DNA of 25,743 nucleotides, from positions 1 to 25,743 of the forward strand of contig JBBIOR010000014.1 of assembly GCA_037443265.1 (NCBI GenBank), in the 5' to 3' direction. A program made the translations under genes and the position numbers. The stretch is from Candidatus Fraserbacteria bacterium. GTDB lineage: Bacteria > Bipolaricaulota > Bipolaricaulia > RBG-16-55-9. Under the pieces are notes generated by a model. That model was not told the origin of the DNA, made no database searches, and worked only from the letters and a program-made list of their open reading frames with translations. Below are positions 9,632 through 17,861 of this stretch, in pieces (positions within the stretch are counted from its first letter, which is position 1; the number at the start of each line of letters is the position of its first letter).

Positions 9632-9911
9632 GTGCTCTATTCTGGAACCTGCGAGTACGCCATACGGGCGTTGACGCATCTCGCGCTCTATCAGGCAAAG
9701 CACGGGCCGCAAGCGATGTGCCGCGTCAACGAGATCGCCGAGACCGAAGGGATTCCTCGTCTTTCAAATGCTCGTGCGGGCAGGGATTCTCCATTCGTCG
9801 AAAGGCTGCAACGGTGGCTTCGCGTTGGCCAGACCCGCCAGATAGTACTTGGAGCGGACGACGCTGCGCGATGTGGCAGAGGCCGTGGATACCGAACGTG
9901 CCCGAGGCTAA
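9632..9911 (+). pseudogene. Rrf2-family regulator pseudogene with internal deletions
   Basis: MLYSGTCEYAIRAL..EGIPR, frameshift near 9760, FQMLVRAGILHSSKGCNGGFALARPA, TAG at 9843, then YLERTTLRDVAEAV to TAA 9909-9911; parallels the intact Rrf2 at 15455; GGAGG RBS. Confidence 0.88.
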
Positions 9912-9928
9912 ATGCGGGAAATGAACGG

Positions 9929-11971
9929 CTAACGCGCGCGCTCAATGCGCGCGGCGCAGACCTTCAGCTCAGTGATCCCGCAGATGGGGTCGACCGCGTC
10001 GTTGGTGAGGGTATTCGTAGGCACCTCGGCATAGTGGAACGGCATCCAGAGGACGCCCGCTTTGATCTCTACGATCTGGGCCTTCACCGTGAGTACGCCA
10101 CGGCGGGTGCGCACCTGCACCCGATCTCCAGCTTGAATGCCCAACCTCTGAGCATCTTGGGCGCTGATCTGCACGAAATTCTCCGGCTCGCCCCGGCCCG
10201 CTTTGGTCCGGCGGGTCATCGTCCCCGCGTTGTACTGCATAAACGTCCGGCCCGTCGTCAGCAAGAAGGGGTACTTATCGTCAGGGGGCTCTGCGGGCGG
10301 GAAGTACTCGACCCCGCTCAGAAGAGCCCGCCCCCGCCTGAACTTCTCCTTGTGCAAGAACTTCGTGCCCGGATGCCTTTCATCGGGGCAGGGCCACTGC
10401 AGCCCGTAGCTCCTCTCTAAACGGTTATAACGGATCCCCGCGTAGATGGGCACTAATCTTCTGATCTCTTCAAAGATCTCTTCCGGGTGGGAGTAGTGCA
10501 TGGGGTAGCCCATGCATTGGGCAAGTTCACATAAGATGACCCAATCAGGCTTGCTATTCCCAATGGGCTCAATCGCTTTTCTTATGCGCTGAACGCGTCG
10601 TTCGGAGTTGACGAACGTCCCGTCCTTCTCAGCAAAGCTGGCCGCGGGCAAGACCACATGGGCAAATTGAGTGGTGCGGCTGGGGAAGATCTCTTGCACG
10701 ATGAGTAGCTCAAGGCTCTGTAGAGCCTTCTCGACTTTGGCGATGTGGCCCTCGGTGAGCGCCGGGTCGCTCCCAATGATATAGAGCGCCTTGAGTTCGC
10801 CCATGAGCGCGCGCTCCCACATCCGCGAGCAGAAGAGGAAGTAGTCCTTCTGGGGCACCGGCAGCTTCACGCCCCAAGCCGCCTCAAACTTCTGGATGAC
10901 TTGAGGATCTTCCCAGCTCTGGTAGCCGGGGAGCCACTCGGGAGCGCACATGTCCGTGGCGCCCTGGACGTTGTTTTGCCCGCGCAGCGCGTTGATCCCG
11001 CTCGATTCCCTGCCCAAGTTGCCCGTGATCAAGGCGAGGTTGCCCAGTGCCTTGACGTTGTCCACCCCGGTGCGATGCTCGGTCACTCCCAGACCGTAGA
11101 CGATGCTGGCGGGCTTTGCGCGGGCGTACAGTTCCGCAGCTTCTTTGATCTGGGGCGCGCTCAAGCCGCAGAGTCTCTCTACGGACTCGGGAGTGTACTT
11201 CCGTACGACGCTCCAGAAGCGATCGAAGTGCTCGCAGCGCTCCTCGATGAACGCTGCGTCATGGAGACGATGGGCGATGATGTGCTGGGCCATGGCATTG
11301 AAGAGCGCCACTTCCGTCCCTGGCTGGATCTTTAAGTGAATCGTTGCAAGCTTGGCCAACTCGGTAGTCCGCGGATCGATGACGATGAGCTTGGCCCCAT
11401 TTCGGATGGCTCTTTTGATCCAAACGGTCCAGATGATAGGGTGGGCGTGGGCGGTGTTGCTGCCCACAATCAGAAAGGCTTTGGGGCCGGGCTCTAGGAA
11501 CTCCGAGATCGAGTTGGTCATGGCTCCACTACCCAAGACCTCTTTGAGCGCGATGGCTGTTGCCGAATGGCAGATGCGAAAGCATTGATCCACGTTATTG
11601 GTGCCCAGCACCGCGCGCGCGAACTTCTGCGCTAAATAATTCTCCTCGACGGTGGCGCGCGCGGAGCTGATCACCCCGATGGCGTCAGGGCCATAGCGCT
11701 CTTGGATGCGCTTGAGCTCCTTGGCTATAAAAGCATAGGCTTCGTCCCAGCTGATCTCGGCAAGCTGGTCGTTTTTGCGTAGGAGTGGCTTGGTAAGGCG
11801 TTCTGCGTGATGGACGACCTCATACGCCGTGGCGCCTTTGGGGCAGAGCGTCCCGCGGCTGATGGGGTGCTCCGGGTCAGGACGCAAGCCGATGACTTTG
11901 CCCTTCGCAGTCTTCAGAAGCAAGCCGCAGCCGACGCCGCAGTAGGGGCAGACGGATTTGACCTCTTTCAT
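9929..11971 (-). CDS. fdhF: formate dehydrogenase alpha subunit-like molybdopterin oxidoreductase (FdhF family, Cys type)
   Basis: CPYCGVGC...LCPKG [4Fe-4S] motif, RICH metal ligand (Cys, not Sec), LRGQNNVQG, EKDGTFVNSERRVQ, PFLLTTGR; start placed at MKEVKSV (11971). Confidence 0.88.
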   Translation of the reverse strand: MKEVKSVCPYCGVGCGLLLKTAKGKVIGLRPDPEHPISRGTLCPKGATAYEVVHHAERLTKPLLRKNDQLAEISWDEAYAFIAKELKRIQERYGPDAIGVISSARATVEENYLAQKFARAVLGTNNVDQCFRICHSATAIALKEVLGSGAMTNSISEFLEPGPKAFLIVGSNTAHAHPIIWTVWIKRAIRNGAKLIVIDPRTTELAKLATIHLKIQPGTEVALFNAMAQHIIAHRLHDAAFIEERCEHFDRFWSVVRKYTPESVERLCGLSAPQIKEAAELYARAKPASIVYGLGVTEHRTGVDNVKALGNLALITGNLGRESSGINALRGQNNVQGATDMCAPEWLPGYQSWEDPQVIQKFEAAWGVKLPVPQKDYFLFCSRMWERALMGELKALYIIGSDPALTEGHIAKVEKALQSLELLIVQEIFPSRTTQFAHVVLPAASFAEKDGTFVNSERRVQRIRKAIEPIGNSKPDWVILCELAQCMGYPMHYSHPEEIFEEIRRLVPIYAGIRYNRLERSYGLQWPCPDERHPGTKFLHKEKFRRGRALLSGVEYFPPAEPPDDKYPFLLTTGRTFMQYNAGTMTRRTKAGRGEPENFVQISAQDAQRLGIQAGDRVQVRTRRGVLTVKAQIVEIKAGVLWMPFHYAEVPTNTLTNDAVDPICGITELKVCAARIERAR

Positions 11972-12055
11972 ATGTGAATTCTCACCGCCGCCCTTTCCAG
12001 AGATTCCAATCTTCATAGTCCTTGACATTGTAGGGGGAATGTGTTTCAACTCACT

Positions 12056-12288
12056 ATGACGAAGATCATCCGAGAGATACGCGAGGGCCGTCCCTTGGAC
12101 TCCGCTCGCTTGCGCTACGCCGCTGGACATGCCGCGATCTTTCTGGGCATTGGCCTGGACGTCGATCCGAAGCCCATCTATTTGAAGGGCACGACCGGCA
12201 TCTGCTACAAGAGATCCAGGCGCGCATGGATCGCGACTGGGATGCGCTGGTGAGCAAATGCCGCGGTCGCAAGCCCATCGCGATCTGA
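12056..12288 (+). pseudogene. collapsed relic of a GltD-like gene joined to a PorB-like C-terminus
   Basis: KIIREIREGRPLDSAR, LRYA and HAAIFLGIGL occur in the same order as segments of the 20451-22121 protein; then PKPI.YLKG and, in another frame, HLLQEIQARMDRDWDALVSKC (PorB-like end), TGA at 12286-12288. Confidence 0.72.
12062..12108 (+). repeat. 47 bp dispersed repeat, inverted relative to 21907-21953
   Basis: 12071-12105 is the exact reverse complement of 21910-21944 (35 bp); 3 mismatches over 47 bp. Confidence 0.95.
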
Positions 12289-12324
12289 ATGAGTATACGC
12301 CCTTGGCGGAGGAGGCGAAGCGCT

Positions 12325-12807
12325 ATGGAGCTTAAGATCGTCAAGATTCAAAAACCTGAGGAGATCAATCTCATCTTGGGCCAAGCGCATTTCATCAAGA
12401 CGGTAGAAGATTTGCATGAAGCGCTCGTGACGGCCGTGCCCAGGATCAAATTTGGGCTGGCGTTCTGTGAGTCGTCCGGGCCAGCACTCGTGCGCTTTAG
12501 CGGGACGGACCCTGAACTTCTGGAGCTGGCCAAGCAGAACGCGTTCCACTTGGCTGCGGGCCATAGTTTCATCATCTTCCTGCGAGACGCTTTCCCGGTC
12601 AACGTGCTAAGTGCCGTCAAGAACGTGCCGGAAGTCTGCCAGATCTTCTGCGCTACGGCCAATCCGGTTGAGGTAGTTGTAGTAGAGACGGAGCAAGGGC
12701 GAGGCATTTTGGGCGTGATCGATGGAATAAAATCCAAAGGCATTGAGAACGAGCCGGATATTAAACAGCGCAAGGAGTTCCTGCGCAAGATCGGCTACAA
12801 GCTATAA
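12325..12807 (+). CDS. DUF355 family protein (often annotated adenosine-specific kinase)
   Basis: [59 protein letters not shown]. Confidence 0.88.
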   Translation: MELKIVKIQKPEEINLILGQAHFIKTVEDLHEALVTAVPRIKFGLAFCESSGPALVRFSGTDPELLELAKQNAFHLAAGHSFIIFLRDAFPVNVLSAVKNVPEVCQIFCATANPVEVVVVETEQGRGILGVIDGIKSKGIENEPDIKQRKEFLRKIGYKL

Positions 12808-12943
12808 GGTAAGGAAAGAAGGAAAGATCTAAGGGAGCGCACCCAGGGCAGGGTAAGAGCTGGCCAGCTCGTTTCCCTCAACCAGATGGCCCTCGCTGGC
12901 TTTCGCTGGCCGACTTTGGTTTAATCTTTGAAGAGGAGGACGG

Positions 12944-15412
12944 ATGAGCCAGAGACTTTCACCTGAGCAACTTCGACGTGTGTTCGACTCGAAAGAGCTG
13001 GGATGCGATACGACTGAAAATTTCCCGCCGCTTGTAGACATCATCGGCCAGGAGCGCGCCGTAAAGGCCCTCAAATTCGGTCTAGGCATCCAAGCTGTCG
13101 GCTTCAATACGTACGTGGCCGGACCTCCGGGCATCGGCAAGATGACAGCAGTTCAAGCGTTTCTGCAGGAGCTAGCGAAGAAGAAAGAGACTCCGCCGGA
13201 TTGGTGTTACGTCAACAACTTCGCCGATCCCGATCAGCCCAAGGCGCTCAAGCTCCCCACGGGCCGCGGCCGCGAGCTTCAGCGGGACATGAAGAATTTC
13301 ATCGAACACGTCCGACGCGAGATCCCCAAGGCCTTCGAGAGCGATGAATATGAAGCTCGACGCGAAGAGATCATCAAGACGTTTACCGAGCAGCGCGAGG
13401 CAGTGCTGGCGCACATCAGCGCGCACGCGATGGAAGCTGGCTTCACTCTTCAGGCGACGCCCATGGGCGTGCTCATGATCCCCGTCGTGAAGGGACAACC
13501 CCTAAGTGAAACGGAATTCCTTGCCTTGCCCACTGAGGAGCGTGAGAGACTGCAGCACCGCCGTGAGGAGCTCCAAGAAGAACTGAAGGTGGCCTTCAAA
13601 CAGACCCGCGAGTTGGAGCGGCAGGCACAGGAGAAACTGCAAGAACTGGATCAGCGAGTGGCGCTGTTCATCGTCGGCGGCCTCATCGAAGACCTCTTCG
13701 AGAAATACAAAGACTTGCCGGAGGTCACGGAATATCTCAAGAGCGTCCAGAAAGCTATCCTCGAAGATATCGAGTCTTTCAAAGCCAAGCCGGCCAGTGA
13801 GCCACAGCCATCTCCGGATGGCGGGCCTCCGATGCCCTGGGTACAAGACCTGCCCTTCCGCAAGTATCAAGTGAACGTGCTGGTAGACAACAGCCAACAG
13901 CAGGGGGCTCCGGTCGTGGTGGAACTCAACCCCAGCCACAGCAATCTCTTTGGACGCATCGAAAAGGAGACGCTCTTTGGGGCGCTATACACGGACTTTA
14001 CGATGATCAAGGCCGGCGCGCTCCATCGCGCGAATGGGGGTTATTTGGTCCTGCCCATTGAAGATCTTCTGAAGAATCTTTTCAGCTGGGATGGACTCAA
14101 GAGGGCCCTGCGCAGTCGGCAGATCGAGATCGAGGAGATGGGAGAGCGTTTGGGCTTTGTGTCTACCAAGAGCCTGCGGCCTCAGCCGATCCCACTCGAT
14201 GTGAAAGTGATCCTCGTCGGGCACCCCCTGTTCTATTATCTGTTGCACGCCTACGATGAGGAGTTTCCTGAACTCTTCAAAGTCAAAGCCGATTTCGATA
14301 CTCGCATGGACACCAACGAAGCGAACATTCGCGCGTTCATCTCGTTTCTGTGCACCCTCTGCCAGAAGGAGAAGTTGAAGCATTTAGACGCGGGGGCCAT
14401 CGCCCAGATGCTCGAATATGCGGCGCGCCTAGCCGAAGATCAACAGAAGCTTTCTACGCACTTTGGGGCGATCGCGGATCTGGTGCGCGAGGCACACTTC
14501 TGGGCCTCACAAGATCGCTCGCGCTATGTCACCGCCCAACATGTCAAGCGGGCTCTCGAGGAGAAGGTCTATCGCTCGAAGCTGCTCCAAGAGCATATTG
14601 CAGAGCTGATCGCTCGAGGGACCCTGCTCATTGACACCCGGCAGCAAGTCATAGGCCAAGTCAACGGGCTCTCCGTGATCAATCTAGGGGATTATGAGTT
14701 CGGAAGACCGGTGCGGATTACGGCGAGTGTGGCTCCAGGTCGTGAGGGGATCATCGACATCGAGCGCGAGGTGGAGCTGGCCGGCCCGATCCACAGCAAA
14801 GGGGTCATGATCCTGGGCGGGTATCTCTCCTACCAGTACGCCCAAGGGATGCCGCTTTCTCTGGCCGCGCGGCTCGTCTTCGAGCAGAGCTATGAGGGCA
14901 TCGAAGGCGATAGCGCTTCGAGCGCCGAACTGTACGCGCTGTTATCGGCGCTTTCTGGGTTGCCCCTCAAGCAGGGCATTGCTGTGACAGGCTCCGTCAA
15001 TCAGCGAGGGGAAGTCCAGGCCATCGGCGGTGCCAACGAGAAGATCGAGGGCTTCTTCGAGATCTGCAAGCTCCAAGGACTGACCGGAGAGCAAGGCGTA
15101 ATGATCCCGGCCAGCAACGTGCAGCACTTGATGCTGCGGGAAGACGTGATCGAGGCCGTGCGCCAGGGCCAGTTTCATATCTGGGCCGTCAAGACCATCG
15201 ACGAGGGCATCGAGATTCTGACGGGAGTGCCGGCCGGTGAGCGCAGCCGTGACGGCACATTCAAGAAAGGGACTGTGAACTACCGCGTTCAGCAACGCCT
15301 GAAAGAACTGGCCGAGTGCCTGCAGGAGCTGCCTGAAGGAGCTCCACCCAAGAAGCGAGGGAAATCGCCACGCAAGAAACGTCCCTCTCCTCCAAAGCGA
15401 CAAAGGACTTGA
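12944..15412 (+). CDS. Lon-like (LonC/AAA_32 type) protease
   Basis: IIGQERA, GPPGIGK, coiled-coil insert, LHRANGGYL, GQVNGL, EGDSAS (Ser) and EKIEGFF (Lys) dyad; GAGGAGG RBS. Confidence 0.92.
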   Translation: MSQRLSPEQLRRVFDSKELGCDTTENFPPLVDIIGQERAVKALKFGLGIQAVGFNTYVAGPPGIGKMTAVQAFLQELAKKKETPPDWCYVNNFADPDQPKALKLPTGRGRELQRDMKNFIEHVRREIPKAFESDEYEARREEIIKTFTEQREAVLAHISAHAMEAGFTLQATPMGVLMIPVVKGQPLSETEFLALPTEERERLQHRREELQEELKVAFKQTRELERQAQEKLQELDQRVALFIVGGLIEDLFEKYKDLPEVTEYLKSVQKAILEDIESFKAKPASEPQPSPDGGPPMPWVQDLPFRKYQVNVLVDNSQQQGAPVVVELNPSHSNLFGRIEKETLFGALYTDFTMIKAGALHRANGGYLVLPIEDLLKNLFSWDGLKRALRSRQIEIEEMGERLGFVSTKSLRPQPIPLDVKVILVGHPLFYYLLHAYDEEFPELFKVKADFDTRMDTNEANIRAFISFLCTLCQKEKLKHLDAGAIAQMLEYAARLAEDQQKLSTHFGAIADLVREAHFWASQDRSRYVTAQHVKRALEEKVYRSKLLQEHIAELIARGTLLIDTRQQVIGQVNGLSVINLGDYEFGRPVRITASVAPGREGIIDIEREVELAGPIHSKGVMILGGYLSYQYAQGMPLSLAARLVFEQSYEGIEGDSASSAELYALLSALSGLPLKQGIAVTGSVNQRGEVQAIGGANEKIEGFFEICKLQGLTGEQGVMIPASNVQHLMLREDVIEAVRQGQFHIWAVKTIDEGIEILTGVPAGERSRDGTFKKGTVNYRVQQRLKELAECLQELPEGAPPKKRGKSPRKKRPSPPKRQRT

Positions 15413-15454
15413 AAGACGTGCCCCCATGTGCTATAAAGATCTGAAGCTCTCATT

Positions 15455-15898
15455 ATGATCTACTCAAACGCTTGTGAGTATGCGATTCGAGCTCTGACCT
15501 ATCTGGCGCGGAATTCTGAGCAGGCGTGCCTAGCTAAAGAGATCTCACAAGGCGAGAAAATCCCGCATTATTTCCTGAGCAAGATCCTCCAAGATCTGGC
15601 AAGAAAGGGACTGCTCAAGTCTATGAAGGGACCTGGAGGTGGCTTCCGATTAGCCAAATCAGCCGAGAAACTCACGCTCTACGAGATCAAGAAGGCCATC
15701 GACGGTGTGGCCGATCTGGATGAGTGCGCCGTGGGACTTGCTCGGTGCAACGATCATATGCCTTGCCCGCTGCACGATACGTTCAAGCCTCTGCGCGAAC
15801 AGATTAAAGAATATTTGCAGACGACCACGCTGGCAGACATGGCGAGTGCTGTCGAGAAAAAGAGGGCTTCAAAAGCCCGAAGAAAAGCCGCTAGATGA
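15455..15898 (+). CDS. Rrf2-family transcriptional regulator with three C-terminal Cys
   Basis: EYAIRAL, FLSKILQDL, KGPGGGF, C-AVGLAR-C-NDHMP-C-PLH. Confidence 0.93.
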   Translation: MIYSNACEYAIRALTYLARNSEQACLAKEISQGEKIPHYFLSKILQDLARKGLLKSMKGPGGGFRLAKSAEKLTLYEIKKAIDGVADLDECAVGLARCNDHMPCPLHDTFKPLREQIKEYLQTTTLADMASAVEKKRASKARRKAAR

Positions 15899-17001
15899 GC
15901 CGCGTCCAGATCGCACTAGAGAGAGCTATTCCAGAGTTCATTTTTGATCGTTCCCCCTTGCTTGTCTATTGGGAGGCTACACGCGCGTGTGATCTGGCCT
16001 GTGTGCATTGCCGTGCTGAAGCCATCCCGAAGAGACACCCGCTGGAGCTGAGCACAGCAGAAGCCAAGGCCCTCCTCTGCCAGATTGCGCAGTTTGATGA
16101 AAACCACGCCCCGCACGTGGTGATCACGGGTGGGGATCCGCTCCAACGTCCAGATCTCTTGGAGTTGATCAGGTATGGAAGGGAGCTTGGTCTCTCCATC
16201 TCCGTCACGCCGGCGGGCACTCAAAGACTCACCCCCAGAGCCATACAGGAGTTGCAAGAGGCAGGAGTGAGCAGCTTAGCGCTCAGCCTCGACGGCTCAG
16301 ATGCCACCACACATGATGCCTTCCGCGGAGTCCCCGGCTCTTTTGGGTGGACGGCCCTAGCCGCCCAAGCGGCCGAGGCCGAAGGCATTCCGCTGCAGAT
16401 CAACACCATGGTCACGGCCCGGACGCTGAACGATCTCCCCCGCACCTATGAGCGGGTGAAGAGCTGGAGAGTTACCCGCTGGGCACTCTTCTTTTTGATT
16501 GCTACGGGGCGAGGGCGAGCTCTCGAGGAGATCACACCTCAGCAGAGCGAGGCATGGCTCAACTGGCTCTGTGACCTGGCTGAGTCAGGGGAGACGCCTT
16601 TTGCCATCAAGACGACGGAAGCTCATCACATCCGCCGGATCGCATTTTTGCGGATGCAAGCACGGGGGATGGATGAAGAGCAGATTTTGAGAACACCCAT
16701 AGGCCGTGGCTTCGGCGTGCGCGATGGGAACGGCATCGTCTTCGTGTCGCACCTTGGCCAGATCTACCCCAGCGGCTTTCTCCCCTTGGCGGCGGGGAAT
16801 ATCCGCTCCGCACGCTTGGGAGAGGTCTATCGCCACAGCGAGCTGTTTCGTGCACTGCGAGATACGAATCGCCTGAAGGGCAAATGCGGCCGCTGCCCGT
16901 TTCGCGTGATCTGCGGCGGCTCGCGGGCGCGTGCTTATGCCCTAACGGGCGATCCGTTGGAGAGTGATCCCCTCTGTCCCTATCAGCCAAAAGCTTCATA
17001 A
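15895..17001 (+). CDS. radical SAM/SPASM protein (NirJ/Ahb-related, resembles TIGR04053)
   Basis: WEATRACDLACVHCRA, ITGGDPL, SLDG, HDAFRG, CGRC...CGGSRARA...DPLC; ATGA overlap with rrf2. Confidence 0.9.
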   Translation: MSRVQIALERAIPEFIFDRSPLLVYWEATRACDLACVHCRAEAIPKRHPLELSTAEAKALLCQIAQFDENHAPHVVITGGDPLQRPDLLELIRYGRELGLSISVTPAGTQRLTPRAIQELQEAGVSSLALSLDGSDATTHDAFRGVPGSFGWTALAAQAAEAEGIPLQINTMVTARTLNDLPRTYERVKSWRVTRWALFFLIATGRGRALEEITPQQSEAWLNWLCDLAESGETPFAIKTTEAHHIRRIAFLRMQARGMDEEQILRTPIGRGFGVRDGNGIVFVSHLGQIYPSGFLPLAAGNIRSARLGEVYRHSELFRALRDTNRLKGKCGRCPFRVICGGSRARAYALTGDPLESDPLCPYQPKAS

Positions 17002-17480
17002 ATAGCAAGGACGAAGAGATCGACCCTGCCGAGCTTCGTCGGCTCATCCTGGCATTTCTCGAAAAGACGCGGGTCATGGCCGTGGCCACGTGCGTCAATC
17101 ACACGCCTTGGGCGGCCACCGTGGCCTTTGCCTACGATGGGGAACTCAATCTGTATTTCATCTCGAGTGCCACAGCCCGTCATATTCAGATGATCGCGCA
17201 GAACCCGAAAGTGGCCGTCGCCATGCATGAACACCAGAGCCCTCGCTATGACATGACCAAAGTGAAGGGACTTCAGCTGGAAGGAACGGCGGAGATACTA
17301 GCAGGCCGCAAGGCGATCCGCGGCCTGGAAGTCTTCGTAAGACGCTTTCCTAAGGCACAAGTGCTCTCCATTGAAAAGCTCTTTGCAATATATAACGCAC
17401 GGATCATTCGCATCCGACCTGAGCGGATCTTCTTCCTGGACAAGGAACGCTTCCCCGAAAGGGTTGAATATCCCTTGTAA
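16998..17480 (+). CDS. pyridoxamine 5'-phosphate oxidase-like split-barrel protein; start uncertain
   Basis: MAVAT, PWAATVAFA, LYFISS...RHIQMI..NPKVA, GLQLEG; the frame stays open upstream of ATG 17076 to ATA 16998, adding a family-like helix (ELRRLILAFLEK). Confidence 0.75.
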   Translation: MNSKDEEIDPAELRRLILAFLEKTRVMAVATCVNHTPWAATVAFAYDGELNLYFISSATARHIQMIAQNPKVAVAMHEHQSPRYDMTKVKGLQLEGTAEILAGRKAIRGLEVFVRRFPKAQVLSIEKLFAIYNARIIRIRPERIFFLDKERFPERVEYPL

Positions 17481-17555
17481 AGACACGCGAATCTCAGAGT
17501 CTACAGTGTACTAAGATCAGCCGGCCCCCTCGAAGGAGCTTGACTCAGGCAGGAC

Positions 17556-17861
17556 TCAATCTTCGCCGAACTCCTTGATCAACCCATCGGTCTCCTTGGT
17601 CCAGTTCACCCCAGCCCCTAGCTGTTCGACCAACTTTGCATACGCGGGCCAGTGGGTTTTCAAATAGCCCTCCAGCGCCACGGCAGCGGATTCGTTGTCC
17701 GTCGTGGCGATGAAATGCGCAAGCCAGGAAGGCCCGACCTTCTCGATCACCTCATCCAACACGACTTGGAGCGCCCAACACTGCGGCCCCCGCTCGCCAC
17801 ACTCGGCCAAAAGACTGGCCGTCTGTCCGATCGCTTCCTCCTCATCCCAATGCTTCTTCAT
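17556..17861 (-). CDS. hypothetical protein, last gene of the kor operon
   Basis: 101 aa ORF whose ATG abuts the korC stop, AAAGGAG RBS; no family recognised. Confidence 0.7.
   Translation of the reverse strand: MKKHWDEEEAIGQTASLLAECGERGPQCWALQVVLDEVIEKVGPSWLAHFIATTDNESAAVALEGYLKTHWPAYAKLVEQLGAGVNWTKETDGLIKEFGED

Noticed and set aside
9632..10420. 262 aa ORF as a real Rrf2 fusion protein
   Set aside because: Only the first ~43 aa are Rrf2-like; the rest is frameshifted read-through antisense to fdhF
11560..11590. selenocysteine recoding in FdhF
   Set aside because: The ligand codon is TGC (Cys) and the frame has no internal TGA
11972..12130. N-terminal extension of the FdhF ORF
   Set aside because: Family similarity starts at MKEVKSVC; the extension is antisense to the gltD relic
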